A stretch of 59,579 bases of DNA, from assembly GCF_001194135.2 (NCBI RefSeq), contig NC_068991.1:24211322-24270900 (forward strand), written 5' to 3'. The position numbers and the translations under genes are program-made. Shown here in pieces: positions 34,811-48,494 of the stretch (within the stretch, counting starts at the first letter, position 1; the number at the start of each line of letters is the position of its first letter). Source of the stretch: Octopus bimaculoides (lineage: Eukaryota). Under the pieces are notes generated by a model. That model was not told the origin of the DNA, ran no database searches, and saw nothing but the letters and a program-made list of their open reading frames with translations.

Positions 34811-35126
34811 AATACTTATTCTATCGGTCTTTTTTGCCGAACCGCTAAGTTACGGGGACGTAAACACACCAGCATCGGTTGTCAAGCGATGTTGGGGGGA
34901 CAAACACAGACACACAAACATATACACACACATACATCATATACATACATATACATATATACGACGGGCTTCTTTCAGTTTCCGTCTACCAAATCCACTC
35001 ACAAGGCTTTGGTCGGCCCGAGGCTATAGAAGAAGACACTTGCCCAAGGTGCCACGCAGTGGGACTGAACCCAGAACCATGTGGTTGGCAAGCAAGTTAC
35101 TTACCACACAGCCACTCCCGCGCCTA
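34811..35126 (-). mobile_element. SINE family B with internal microsatellite
   Basis: Reverse complement of the 25460-25810 structure. Confidence 0.93.
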
Positions 35127-36229
35127 TATATTGAAGAAGATAAATATGTTCACTTGAATATATACGTTTTTGCGTCGTAACTCCTTTATTATTATTAATA
35201 TAACCAAAAGGATCGATTCTTGAAGAGTCTGCATACCTTCACTGTCGTTTTTTTCTGCTATTTTGGTGATGATTTTTTGAGTTAGCTTACCAATTTTTTT
35301 TGTTGGTAGTTAATNNNNNNNNNNNNNNNNNNNNNNNNNNNNNNNNNNNNNNNNNNNNNNNNNNNNNNNNNNNNNNNNNNNNNNNNNNNNNNNNNNNNNN
35401 NNNNNNNNNNNNNNNNNNNNNNNNNNNNNNNNNNNNNNNNNNNNNNNNNNNNNNNNNNNNNNNNNNNNNNNNNNNNNNNNNNNNNNNNNNNNNNNNNNNN
35501 NNNNNNNNNNNNNNNNNNNNNNNNNNNNNNNNNNNNNNNNNNNNNNNNNNNNNNNNNNNNNNNNNNNNNNNNNNNNNNNNNNNNNNNNNNNNNNNNNNNN
35601 NNNNNNNNNNNNNNNNNNNNNNNNNNNNNNNNNNNNNNNNNNNNNNNNNNNNNNNNNNNNNNNNNNNNNNNNNNNNNNNNNNNNNNNNNNNNNNNNNNNN
35701 NNNNNNNNNNNNNNNNNNNNNNNNNNNNNNNNNNNNNNNNNNNNNNNNNNNNNNNNNNNNNNNNNNNNNNNNNNNNNNNNNNNNNNNNNNNNNNNNNNNN
35801 NNNNNNNNNNNNNNNNNNNNNNNNNNNNNNNNNNNNNNNNNNNNNNNNNNNNNNNNNNNNNNNNNNNNNNNNNNNNNNNNNNNNNNNNNNNNNNNNNNNN
35901 NNNNNNNNNNNNNNNNNNNNNNNNNNNNNNNNNNNNNNNNNNNNNNNNNNNNNNNNNNNNNNNNNNNNNNNNNNNNNNNNNNNNNNNNNNNNNNNNNNNN
36001 NNNNNNNNNNNNNNNNNNNNNNNNNNNNNNNNNNNNNNNNNNNNNNNNNNNNNNNNNNNNNNNNNNNNNNNNNNNNNNNNNNNNNNNNNNNNNNNNNNNN
36101 NNNNNNNNNNNNNNNNNNNNNNNNNNNNNNNNNNNNNNNNNNNNNNNNNNNNNNNNNNNNNNNNNNNNNNNNNNNNNNNNNNNNNNNNNNNNNNNNNNNN
36201 NNNNNNNNNNNNNNNNNNNNNNNNNNNNN

Positions 36230-36260
<31 letters not shown>

Positions 36261-36298
36261 TCACATGCATACATACATCCATCCATATTTACATATAT

Positions 36299-36342
<44 letters not shown>

Positions 36343-36704
36343 GTGTGTGTGTGCGCGCGCGAATATTTGGATATGTATCATATTAACAATTCCTTATAGT
36401 GACAATTTTACTTTATTTACTGTCCGCAGTGAAAAAAAAGTTATCCGATTATAATTACATATATGCGTTTGTGTATCTAATTGTGTGTGTGTGTGTCTAT
36501 TTGTGCGTATGTGTGTTGTTACATATGTGTGTGCGTGTACATATATGTTGTGCGTGTGTTAGTGGTGAAATGCAAACATGTTTATATAATTACCCCAATA
36601 AATAAACAAATAAATGTATTAAAATATATTAAAATTGATATTCTTTAGTTGTTTTACAGTATTTAATTGGCTTGTTTTGATTGCTAGAAATGTCGATTGG
36701 GAAC

Positions 36705-36930
36705 TATATCTCTCTCCCTCTCTCGACCTCTCTCTCCGCCTCTTCCTTTTCCTCCCTCGTTCACTCTCTCTTCCTACACGCTTTATACATCTTTCTTTCC
36801 TCCCCTCTTTATTTTCACTCTTGATTTTCTCCCTCCCTCTCCCGCATTCTCCTAATCTTTTTCTCTCTCCCTTTCTTTCGTCCTCTCCCTGTTTTTTTCT
36901 CTCTTTCTTTCGTCTTCTCTTTTTCTCTCT

Positions 36931-36974
<44 letters not shown>

Positions 36975-37500
36975 CGTATTTCCATTCCCTCTTCCTACCT
37001 ATCTTTTACTTTTCATTTTTTCTCCCTCTATCCTTCCCTCCCCCTCCCTCTCGCTCTTTCCCTCCTTCCTTCTCCTTTCTTCTCTCTCCCTCTCCCTTTC
37101 TCTTCCTCTTCCTCTCCCTCTTGCTCTCTTTCTCTCTCTCTCTCTGTCTTATTTCATCTCTCTCTCCCCTCGCTTTCTTTTACATTGTTTTATCTCTCAC
37201 ACACTCTCTTCCTCTCTCCCTTCCTCTCAATCTTTTGTTCTCTGTTTCTCTCCCCTCCTATCCACTTCTCTCTCTCCCCTCCCTCTGTCTGTCTCTCCCT
37301 CTCTATCTGTCTTTCTCTCTCTCTCACAGACTCTCTCTTCCTCTCTCTTCCCCTCTCTTCCCCTCTCTCCCTTCCTTTCAATCTTTCGTTCTCTGTTTCT
37401 CTCCCCAACTATCTACTCCTGCCTCTCCTCCGCCTCTCTCTGCCTGTCTGTCTTTCTGTCTCTCCCCCTCTCTATCTGTCTTTCTCTCTCTCTCTCACAC
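36705..37500. repeat. About 0.8-kb CT-rich low-complexity tract
   Basis: Direct reading; explains the L/S/P/F-rich ORF 36635..37699. Confidence 0.95.
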
Positions 37501-38439
37501 ACACACACACATTCACACACATACACATTCACACATATTCCAAATACAATGTTTATACCATTTTAGTGACTTCAATAATCTAATTTCTCCACAACCTCAA
37601 ATGCCAATATTCAGTGAAAATAATTCTACCAAAAATTTCTTCGAAACCAAAATATTTTCTTTAGAAATTATCTTCCTTATTTTATTTATAATTAATTAGT
37701 TCGCCTTCTAAGCTAATGGAAGTTATTATCAATTAGCAACGATTTTGTTTATTTTACTCAGTTATTTTTTCTTTTGCATTTACCTGTTTAAGCCTGCAGT
37801 TTATAGCGCGACGATCATATCGACACGAATATTATTTCAGTCTGGTGCCGATTTTACTGAATACTAAGTGTCGAAGTGCTAAGTTCGGAATTGACTTTAA
37901 AGCAAATAATAATTTCTAAAATTTTCTTGTATGTGGGGAGGGTCTTTACGCCAATGATAAACACTCTCACTGGTTCAGTTTCACTTTATTGTTATTCATC
38001 AATTGGTCAGCGATTTAACCAACAAACTAATCGACTGTTTACTTCATCAGTCCGTTAATCAATCAATCAGTTGCGTTTACCCAAGTCCTTTCGTTGTCAT
38101 TCGCGACCTTTTCAATGATATGCTCTCTCCATCCAAATCAGCTTCAAATTTGGCAGTCTTCCCGTTTCAAGTTTAAAATAGTATAATTAATATGCATCTT
38201 TTCGATGCTACTCTACTCTATACTGTTTTCTTTCTCATCCTTTCTCTAATTCCCATTTTTCCTCCTTCACCGTTTTCTATCTGTCTGTCTGTCTCTCCCC
38301 GTCTTTCTCTCCGTTTCTCTCTCTCGTTGCTCACACATGACCATCATCCATCTGTCTCTTCCTCACGTGATCATTTTTCTTTTCTTTAAAGACTGTCCTA
38401 AGGGCAGCACGTATCCTATCTCTCTCTTCTATCTTTTCA

Positions 38440-38800
38440 CTTGTCAAAGAAAATATTTCTCCAGCGTTCGCTATTTTACCCTTGTTCTGGTCTAACGACC
38501 CTCCATGTTTGTTTTCGTTCGGTTTCTTTGTATGTCTCCACTGTCCTGCTTTTGTTCCCAACTCTGACCCTCCATAAGTCCCAAATTTTATTTTGGTACG
38601 TATGGGAGCAACTGTCTTCAAAGACTCATATTGTCGTTGAATGCTCGAAATGAGGAGTAGATAGACAGCCGACAACTTACGAAGGGTAGTTCTTTATGTT
38701 ACTTGTTCTGTTTTCAATTTGTTTCTCTCATTGTTTGCGTATTGAACTCATTTGCTTTCGTATTTCATGTTGTTTACGTCCTGTACCCATATATGCATGT
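38440..38800 (+). repeat. Dispersed pLTR-like repeat with hammerhead half-cores
   Basis: GAGCA...TGCTC-GAAA-N25-CTTACGA; 3' motif GTCCTGTACCCA(T/G)ATATGCA shared with 40690-41060. Confidence 0.5.
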
Positions 38801-38896
38801 GTGTGTGTGTGTGTGTGTGTGTTGTTGTTGTTGTTGTTGTTGTTGTAACTAGTAAGGGGTATGCAACTTTGTAATAATCATTATTGTTATTATTGT

Positions 38897-38929
<33 letters not shown>

Positions 38930-39515
38930 NNNNNNNNNNNNNNNNNNNNNNNNNNNNNNNNNNNNNNNNNNNNNNNNNNNNNNNNNNNNNNNNNNNNNNN
39001 NNNNNNNNNNNNNNNNNNNNNNNNNNNNNNNNNNNNNNNNNNNNNNNNNNNNNNNNNNNNNNNNNNNNNNNNNNNNNNNNNNNNNNNNNNNNNNNNNNNN
39101 NNNNNNNNNNNNNNNNNNNNNNNNNNNNNNNNNNNNNNNNNNNNNNNNNNNNNNNNNNNNNNNNNNNNNNNNNNNNNNNNNNNNNNNNNNNNNNNNNNNN
39201 NNNNNNNNNNNNNNNNNNNNNNNNNNNNNNNNNNNNNNNNNNNNNNNNNNNNNNNNNNNNNNNNNNNNNNNNNNNNNNNNNNNNNNNNNNNNNNNNNNNN
39301 NNNNNNNNNNNNNNNNNNNNNNNNNNNNNNNNNNNNNNNNNNNNNNNNNNNNNNNNNNNNNNNNNNNNNNNNNNNNNNNNNNNNNNNNNNNNNNNNNNNN
39401 NNNNNNNNNNNNNNNNNNNNNNNNNNNNNNNNNNNNNNNNNNNNNNNNNNNNNNNNNNNNNNNNNNNNNNNNNNNNNNNNNNNNNNNNNNNNNNNNNNNN
39501 NNNNNNNNNNNNNNN

Positions 39516-40007
39516 GTGGTCACTTAAAGCATGCGGAACCCATGCTCCATACTTCTGAACCTTTTCCATGGAGTGAAGATGCTTCTCTATAGTAGTGTGG
39601 GAACTTTCCATTTTCTCTGCCAGTTTGCTTGTCGTTTGACGAGAATTTTCGTGCAAAACTTAGTTTAATCGCTCTTCATCGAACTCAACTGGACGGCCAG
39701 AACGAGGTGCATCTTTGAGGTCAAAATTTCCATTTTTTGAACTTGGCATACCAATCACGAGCGGTTCTTTCAGTTATGACACCCTCTCCATACACAGCAC
39801 AAATGTCGCGAGCAGCTTTTGCGGCCTTAGAACTTTGATTAAAAGCAAAAAGGTGTCGAAAATGCTCGTTTTTCTTAACTTAACATTCCAATTTAATGAT
39901 CTGAAAATAAACAAAGATTAACAAAAATTAACTAGAAAAAAAAATTTCCAAAATGATTCAAAAATAGAATTCTCGCAAAAAATAGATTCGGGAACTTAGT
40001 TGCCAAC

Positions 40008-40011
<4 letters not shown>
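39516..40011 (-). mobile_element. Mariner 5' half with left TIR
   Basis: TIR TTGGGTTGGCAACTAAGTTC next to TA; HFRHL..FAFN...WYAKFKNGNFDLKDAPRSGRP...GAWVPHAL. Confidence 0.95.
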
Positions 40012-40046
<35 letters not shown>

Positions 40047-40049
<3 letters not shown>

Positions 40050-40255
40050 AGCGAGACAGGAAAGAGTTATTTTGTTGTTGTGGCATAGTTCAGTTGTGCT
40101 GCAGAAAGTTCCAGCCAATCAGAGCTGGAGGCGTATGAATAAAACGGCACTGATCTGCCTTAGCTGGAAGAACTCACTACACCAGAGAAGTAACAGTCAA
40201 ACCAGCAGCGGATTTGGCGGCATAGAGGTACCATTGCTTTCTTCGTAATATCACA
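40047..40255 (+). mobile_element. Candidate solo LTR
   Basis: TGT...ACA ends, CCAATCAG and AATAAA inside; no clean TSD (left flank is (TA)n). Confidence 0.4.
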
Positions 40256-40591
40256 TTTTCTGTGTCCACCACCAACTACACGCAACTCATTTGATTAATA
40301 TCAGCTTCCACTCGGCTTCATATAAGCCTTAGTCTACATAGTACGTCGTGCGATTTTTCCTGTCTCGCATACACATGTGTTTGGTTTTCATTCATATGCA
40401 AGATTAATCCTTGTTACCGCTGCTATCACTCATTACTCGACTAAATAAATTTCAATGTCTTTGTTTTATAAACTTGCCTTCTGAATATTCTTTATTTGCG
40501 CCTCTTTAAGAAACCACTGAAAATGGATTTAGTGACTCACTCAGTTACAACATGTATGTATGTATGTATGTATGTATGTATGTATGTATGC

Positions 40592-40637
<46 letters not shown>

Positions 40638-40689
40638 AATAGTAAATGAGTATATGCATATATACGTACAGGTATGTGCGTACCGACAT

Positions 40690-41060
40690 CCACCTGTATG
40701 TATAGGTGCATATCTGGGTACAGGACATTGCAAACAAAACGTAGACGAGAAAACACACAAGCCACATAGAGAACATTCTACTTCATCAGCTACCCCCGTT
40801 TTAACACCGGCGTTTCGAAGAGCTGGGCAGGACGCATCGTTAAAACGGCTCTTCCCATGGACCGCAAATTAAATTTGTATACACAAATTAAATCTTGCCA
40901 TGGAGGAATATAGTGGCGGACAAAAAACAAGACAGGAAAACAAACAGAAAAGGCTTTACGGCCAGACGAGAAAAATTATGTGTGTATGAACGCTGTGAGG
41001 CACGAACTTGAAAGGGACGAAGTAGTTCGCGTGTTTGCTCGGCGATAGCCAAGGAAGAAA
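40690..41060 (-). repeat. Dispersed pLTR-like repeat with hammerhead half-cores
   Basis: GAAGAGC...GCTCTTC-GAAA-N23-CTGATGA. Confidence 0.55.
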
Positions 41061-41488
41061 AGGATTATTATATATACTTAATTATATTATAGGGTACGTG
41101 AAGCACCAGCTTGCTAGAGAGTAGAAGTAAAAACCTCCAGCTTAACCACTAATCTTACTGAAAATATGTAACGGACCAACAGAAATAGGGTAAACGAGTG
41201 GAATTTAACATATTTTCTCAGCTAAAACGCTGTAGAATAAGGTAACAGATATGCCTGGATCATGATTTCGAATTCTGGTTAGAGCTTCAGTTCTCCTCGG
41301 CAGGTTTTGTTGTACCTAAAATGAAAAATCTAACTCGCCTTGTTGTAATCCGTTACGTCTGGTCAAGTGATCGCACTAGATCATTACATCCTACGGGATT
41401 TTGCAATTCCCATTTTCGGTGACTCCTTCTGAGGTTTGTTCATACCACGTCTTTGCTCTTTGTAGGCTGTGATTTCTACAGAGCCCAT

Positions 41489-41496
41489 GTCTTTGC

Positions 41497-41567
<71 letters not shown>

Positions 41568-41900
41568 TGTTATTTACTTTTAATTTGCACGTTTGTTATA
41601 ATCACTTGCCTAGATACACCCAGCCTCCTAGGGTGAGTTAAGGATAAGAGATGTTACAGTTTGACTGAAAGCTTGGGGAGGGGAAGTGGTAGAGGTAGTA
41701 GCGAAATATTTTCATGTAATACAACACAGACATCTTAATTGATAGTGTCTTTTTAAGGAAATGTGCAGTACTTGTTAGCACAATCTTTTGGATTTCTCTA
41801 AGACATCGTTCTCTTGGGATGTTATCTACATGTTTCTGACATCCCTTTTTTATCATACCTAGACATGGCGAAAGACTGTGCCCGTGACCCTTTACAATTT
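41489..41900 (-). mobile_element. Second R4/Dong 3' end with (TAA)n
   Basis: LGMIKKGCQKHVDNIP...EIQKIVLTSTAHFLKKTLS; (AAT)n at 41489-41567. Confidence 0.8.
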
Positions 41901-43599
41901 TCGTCAGACCAAACACCTACCGCGAACACTTGGAAAATAAACAGACCCCGCCCAAATTACGAGAGTACAGTGTTAAACCGAGCAACAGATTAAGTTTATT
42001 ACACAAACAGGCCAAGGTGATATTTGAACTCAGAAAGCAAAAAGCTGGAACAAATATCAAAAGCCGACGTTCTGCCAATCCACCTCCATGAATTGGAACT
42101 TTTTATCGACCTCAAAAGGATGACTTCGGTGGGGTTTGAACTCTACAGAGATCCGGAACAAATACTACATTTTCTCCGATGCTCTAATGTATATGACCTC
42201 CGTAATATTTTGAATATACTAAAGAATTAAAGAACCAGCAAAACTATCAAACTTTTATCTCCGGAGTTTGAACGTTGAGAACTAATTCTCAACATCTACT
42301 TTATATTCATATATTCATATTTCATCTTCCTAGTTTTCAGCATACAATGGCCTTTGGTTTGACCTAACCCTATGAAATCTGGCATCGAATCTTTATGATC
42401 AGAAGATATCAAATGTCATTTACGAAGTTATTGTCCTTATGGAATCGCGTGTATTGCATTATGCCAGGTTCATGTCAACTGTGAACAGAATTTATGGCTT
42501 AAAATAGAATAAACACCGCAATCAATGATTTGGTTATAATTCTTTTTAGTGTCCTCAGATTTTAGAATTTTAGTATTTGACACCGTCGCACTCAAATGGC
42601 AAATTAGGCATGGTAACTCTCAAAGCATATACACCGTTTGAGGGCTATTGTGCTAAATGTTATCTAAGACCTGCTGTGTACTTAGGTAAACTGCATACTT
42701 TAAAAAATATAATTTAAGGCTTTAGTAAATATACGATGCTAATGTTTAGGTGTATAGAAAATGAGAATTCATAATTTTGTCATTGGCAAATATGAACTTA
42801 TGAAAGAAGATATACAATATTCTTTTAAATTTTAGAATGGAAAATATAATTGTTGTTGTTTTTTTATGAATAACCTCCTGTGCAATATAGACCAATAATT
42901 TTGATTCGGCTTCCAATGCGCAATATTGATAAAACTATTGATAACCAATTATTGAGCTAGTTAGAAAATTAGTGTACGGTACTCCGCCATGGTAATGTGT
43001 TACCAGCTATCTACAGAAATATTCTGATGTTGGCAAATATCATAGGAGTAAAGGAACACATATGCTACATTGTTGTTGTTGTTCCTTCTACTACTCTTGT
43101 TACTTTTGTTGATGTATTTCCGATGTTAATATTATCACACAGAACTCTAACTCATCAGACCTATGCGCTTCTTTGACTGCATAAGTGTTCCGTCTAAGGT
43201 TTCGTTATCTTCATCGTCAAGTTATAATTACTTATCAATTTTTTTTTTTCACATTTAATTAGAAAACACTTTATTTACTATTATACACTTTAAAAGTCTA
43301 CAAAATACACTCACTCGTTTTGAAAAAGGAAGAGAAGTGAAATATATACAAGCAACTACTGGTGAGTATATTTATAGGTTGTATTAATTATGACTCTTCC
43401 CAATTATAAGAAAATTGGTTTCAACTCCCAGTTTCGAGTCAAAACTCTTGCAAAAGTGCAAAATATTTTCCACCTGTATTGGAAATTTTTATTTACGACA
43501 TCATTTTAATTCAAATTGTAACATTTTAAAACAAAGAAGCAGGAAAAAAGGGGAGATAAGAAAAGGAAAAAAGAAAAGGATAAATGGAGGTAAAGCAGC

Positions 43600-43885
43600 A
43601 TAAGATGGGGGGAGGAGCGATGGGCCGCATACCCCAGAACAAATGGCGTGCCCAACCGCTCCTCATGGTAATTACCACGAAGGCATTGCCGCGGAGAATG
43701 TTCAACGGCATTCGCTGCCCAAGCCACTCCGCCTCATTTCTCTACCGTGCAGCCGTTATTTCTATTTTGCAAAGGAAATTTATAGTACAGGGTCCGAAGA
43801 ATATCTGGTGTCTCGACGGCGACCGGCACAAACTGATAGTGGCCGGTCAGGCTCCTGTATTTATTGACTTTTGTCTTTGGAACGA
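43600..43885 (-). mobile_element. CRE-clade non-LTR retrotransposon 3' end
   Basis: KTKVNKYRSLTGHYQFVPVAVET/FFGPCTINFL...EAEWLGQRMPLNILRGNAFVVI (cf. KxxKY..L...FVPxAVETxGxWG...QRxSxAxxRGNA). Confidence 0.85.
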
Positions 43886-44296
43886 TTTCCATCTCTATAT
43901 CAACTGTGAATTTTGTTACTAAATCCAGCTGTTGTTAAGCAATGTTAAATATTTCTACTTTAGATCTTGATATCGTCCAGAAAGAAATTTTAGTTGCGTT
44001 GGTATCTTTTGCTCTTCCAGAAGCTACACATAAAACCGTTGGATTTATCAAAGGAAATAACGGTAATTTTTTTAATGCTAAAATAAACAGAATCACAGAC
44101 GGACTGTCTTCTTGCAATATTTCCTTTGAAATATTTGCAACATCGGAAAGAATCTTTCTGTATTTGAATGCATGAGTGAAGATTTGTGAGGATTTTAATG
44201 GCAGCAGCTATGTATATACGTTTATATGTACTTATGTATGTGTGAATATATGTGTGCATGTATAGCTATATGTATGTATCCATATATTATAGATGG

Positions 44297-44394
44297 ATGT
44301 GTATGTATATATGTGGTGTGTATGTGTGTGTGTGTATGTATTATTTAAATTAATGTATGTGCGTATGTATGTGTATAGGTGTTTATTGTGCGTG

Positions 44395-44457
<63 letters not shown>

Positions 44458-44575
44458 GCATGTGTATGTATATATGTGGTGTGTATGTGTGTGTGCGTAT
44501 GTATTATTTAAATTAATGTATGTGCGTATGTATGTGTATATGTGTTTATTGTGCGTATATGTACATATATATATA
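44297..44575 (+). repeat. Tandem duplication (period 163 bp) within a TA/TG microsatellite field
   Basis: ATGTGTATGTATATATGTGG...TATTATTTAAATTAATGTATGTGCG occurs at 44297 and 44460. Confidence 0.85.
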
Positions 44576-45192
44576 TATGTGTATACCTGTATATGTGTAC
44601 GTATATGTATGCATTATGTATATCTGTATATGTGTATATATGCGTATATATGAATGAATATATGTGTGTGTATGTATGTATAAACATGTGTATATGTATG
44701 TGTCTATGTACTCATGTCTAAGTGTATGTATGTATGTATGTATGTATGTATGTATGTATGTATGTATGTATGTATGTATGTAGGTTATATGTAATTATGC
44801 ATGCATATGTCTATGAATATTATTTATTCTTTAAACTTTTCCTATAAAAAAGTGACTAGTTTCTAAGAAAAACAATCCAATAATAAAATTCAGACATCGA
44901 AAGTAGTATAGAGAGCTATGGAGTAGTTAGATTTTGAAATCTCAATAACCTTTCCATATCCTTTACTGTTGTGTCTACAATTTGAATTTCCAAGAGATAT
45001 ATGTCAGATTGTATCTTGGTTTGCCTGAAAACTAAACATTTCGGCGTGATTAATCAAATATTGATGCTTATGGTAAATCCTGTTTTCAATAGAATATATA
45101 TACAGCAAATATAGAGTATATATATATATATATATATAATATAATGTAAGGATAAAATTTTTATAAGAATTTATCAAGTAGTCAGCGTGAAA

Positions 45193-45233
<41 letters not shown>

Positions 45234-45294
45234 GCATATTTAGTGTCTAATAACATATATACACACATACACACACACACACACATATATATAT

Positions 45295-45331
<37 letters not shown>

Positions 45332-45719
45332 CTCACACAAATGCATATATANNNNNNNNNNNNACACACACACACACACATATATATATGAATTTTGATA
45401 GATAGAGAGAGAGAGGGGGAGAGACACACACAGAAAGAGGGAGAAATGGACAAACAGAAGTAGAGAGAGAAATAGCTACACGCTATGGTATAAACAATCA
45501 GAAGAAAAAAGGTGTTCGCTACGAGGAGCAGAACACTTAATAATTTATTGAAAGCTGAAGCTTTAAAAGTAGTGAGGTTTAACACCAACCGGTCAAAAGT
45601 AATATTAATGAATTAATTCACAATCACTTTCAGAATTCCTTACGCAAGAAGGTAAAAGATACTTTGAAATTCTTAAAATATATACGTTTTAACGATCAAA
45701 ACAAAACGGAGAGCAACAT

Positions 45720-45905
45720 ATACCACAGATTATAGTCGAACATCTAATAACTTTAAAATAGACCATAGAGTACATCGTTTAACTTTACAAAAGCCTTATA
45801 TCACCTTCAAAGATCACAAAGACAATTTTCTAAGAAACCTTAACTGTAATTTAATTTATCTAAGTATGAAATAAGTAAATTTAATAAACATATTTTAGAG
45901 TCTAA
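45720..45905 (+). mobile_element. PLE reverse transcriptase N-terminal relic
   Basis: FKIDHRVHRLTLQKPYITFKDHKDNFLRNLNCNLI (cf. AFITLKDHKxNFxNNPxCRLINP). Confidence 0.65.
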
Positions 45906-48494
45906 CACATACCTTAAAATAGATAATTTTCGTGGAAATAATAAAACATATGTCTGTTCCAATAAGTAACATGCTTTTTATAGTAAATTTGGAACTGTGT
46001 CTCTTTATTTTTTTTACGCTTTTCTAAGCAATCAGATCCAATAAAATCGAATTGTCAGTAATTTCCTTGCTTCCTTTTTTTACAAGGAACAGAGAAATAA
46101 ATTTTGTTTTCAAAATAGAGAATAAACCATTCTGAAATCATATCTAGTGTTTTTCTTTTTTTCTTTGTTTTTTTTTTTATATTTCAACAAGGGATCCATA
46201 GTAATTACTTGAGGTCATGTTATTTATTATTTGAGTTCATCTAGTTTATTATTTGAGATCATGTGGTTCATTAGTAATTTACTGTCAGCTTAATTAATAA
46301 TGGGAATATTTCTGTATCAGAATCTATTGTCATTATAAAACGAAAGAAAAATAGGACTAAAGACCATCGAACGCCGTGAATACAAATGGAATATTTGTAG
46401 AGATTTAGAATAACTTTATATTCACCGGATTAACTAGAAATGCTCTGGTATTTGTAATAGCGTAGTCGACATAGCTAAATCTATAATTTAGCAAATTCAT
46501 TAACACTAAGCCATTCGAAGACATTGAATACATTTATGTACGAATGCACTAGACGGGATCCCACGTTCGATCCCATTTAGTGGCATCTAAAGTAAATGTA
46601 ATTTTCTATAACTTCGGGTCGATTTTTACCTTGCGGATAGAATTGGGTAACAGGAAAGTATAGAGATGTCCGTCAGGTGACTAAATTTTTAATTCGAAAG
46701 ATATAACATTATCGCGCACTGTGTTATGCTGATTGAGCCTATGTTTTACGTTAAAATTGCATATGTCTGTCGGATGCTCGGTCGCTTACGCGTTAATTCA
46801 AGCAAGTAATTTTCTTGATCGAACAGCCGAATCCGCATAGTTGAACTACAGAGAACTACAGCCAGTGGACGACGTGTGCTTGGTACTGTGACGTATTAAA
46901 TTAATCCTTCATAAGCAGTGCAAGAGCTTTGCGACCGCTCTCGTAGATAATTGAGTACACTTGTACAAGTGTAAACAAATATCTTTCTTTTTATTTCCCC
47001 GTAGACATAATTAATACATTTATCAAACTTATTACTTAAACGACCTCTCCTGGACATTTCAAAACCCATAACTGCTTGGTCAAAGAATATTTTTATTCAT
47101 CTTTTTAAAAAGAAAAATTCAAAATACGCTTTTAATTAACTGGAAGCAGAGGTAATATTCGTGTGTGCCTTAAATACCCCGAACGGACGCTAAGGAGAAA
47201 CATACTGGAAATAAGTCATTAGTTTCTGCCCGACATCTTTGTAAAACTGTATTTTAATTTTTAGAATTTTTTAACTGTCTTCTTAAGAACCTCATTCGAA
47301 AGAGAAATGCTTCTCAGACAACGGAATGGACTCCACTAACGACAACCAAGAACCAGGGGAGTGTTAAACTGAGTGGCGGATTAAGTCGAGAGAGAGAAAG
47401 AACAACTGTTGTTCTTCCAACAGGTTTCCGCACAATTTTCGTCTGCCAGATCCCGCTTACGAAGCTTTCGTCAATCTGAGGCTAGGTTATATTTTTACCG
47501 TACATGGAGCTTAAACTTGAAGCCACATCATTGTGAAACGAAGCTCTTAACCATTAGCCAAGCATGTGTACTTAACGTTGCCTGTACCCATTCACGAGTA
47601 AAGAGATATTTCCAAGTTGCAAACTTCCGCTGCTAGCATCCTCAAGCAGTTGATTTATACTATTCTTTAAGGAAAGTTTTTTGAATAGATTGACCCAATA
47701 ACTGTCAAAATTTAAATATTCGTGCCATTGTTAATGTTAAAGATTCTATGACTCTACAGAGTCATACTTTGATCACGTGCAGACTTGTTTCCAATTTATC
47801 GTCTGTGTTCTGTTTAAGCGTTTAAATATTCATCTAGTTAAATATGCATATAGCTATTTGAGATGATAATGATAATGTTTTGACATGAAGCATGGCAGCC
47901 CTGATAATTACGGTTTAAAAGATTATTTATTCATTGAAAAGGAAGTTTACAAAAGCTAGATATAAATTGCAAATAAGGGGAGACCGTCTCAATTATCACA
48001 TAGATGGTTACCAAATAAAAACTGATGCTATGGAATTATGATATCAATGTACAGCATAAAGTATTACAGTTAAAAACCCGAGTATAATTTTATTTCTCCA
48101 CATTTCTTGTTGATTGGCCGTTATTCACTCACCAACATTAAAACCACTGGTACATAGACACGCTCCTTTCTTTTCATATTTCCTTTAATGCTACTATGAA
48201 CAATACTGTACTCCATTTTTACATAAAACTTCCATGATGCACTCATTTCAGGCCTACTCGTCGTTCATTTTTTGTCATATCGAGTAAGCCTCTGCATTAA
48301 TTATATTACTCGAACTTTATTACAAGAACCGCAATCCTTTCCAAACAAACTTTCCGCCGACATTTTTCCATGGACATTTACACTAAACAGCTATCGATCT
48401 CAAAAATTTGAAAGCTCGACATTGGACACAGCCACCATTATTATTCTTCATGATAAATGATAACCATCATTATATCCCAAATTAAATAATTGTT

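Noticed and set aside
40783-40816. Type II hammerhead fold for the GAAA-N-CTGATGA repeats
   Set aside because: The spacer cannot form stem I in any of the three copies.
43780-43845. Plus-strand QRKFIVQGPKNIWCLDGDRHKLI, resembling a GPN.LWH.DG.HKL integrase motif
   Set aside because: The minus strand gives a longer, multi-motif CRE endonuclease match, and downstream integrase motifs are absent.
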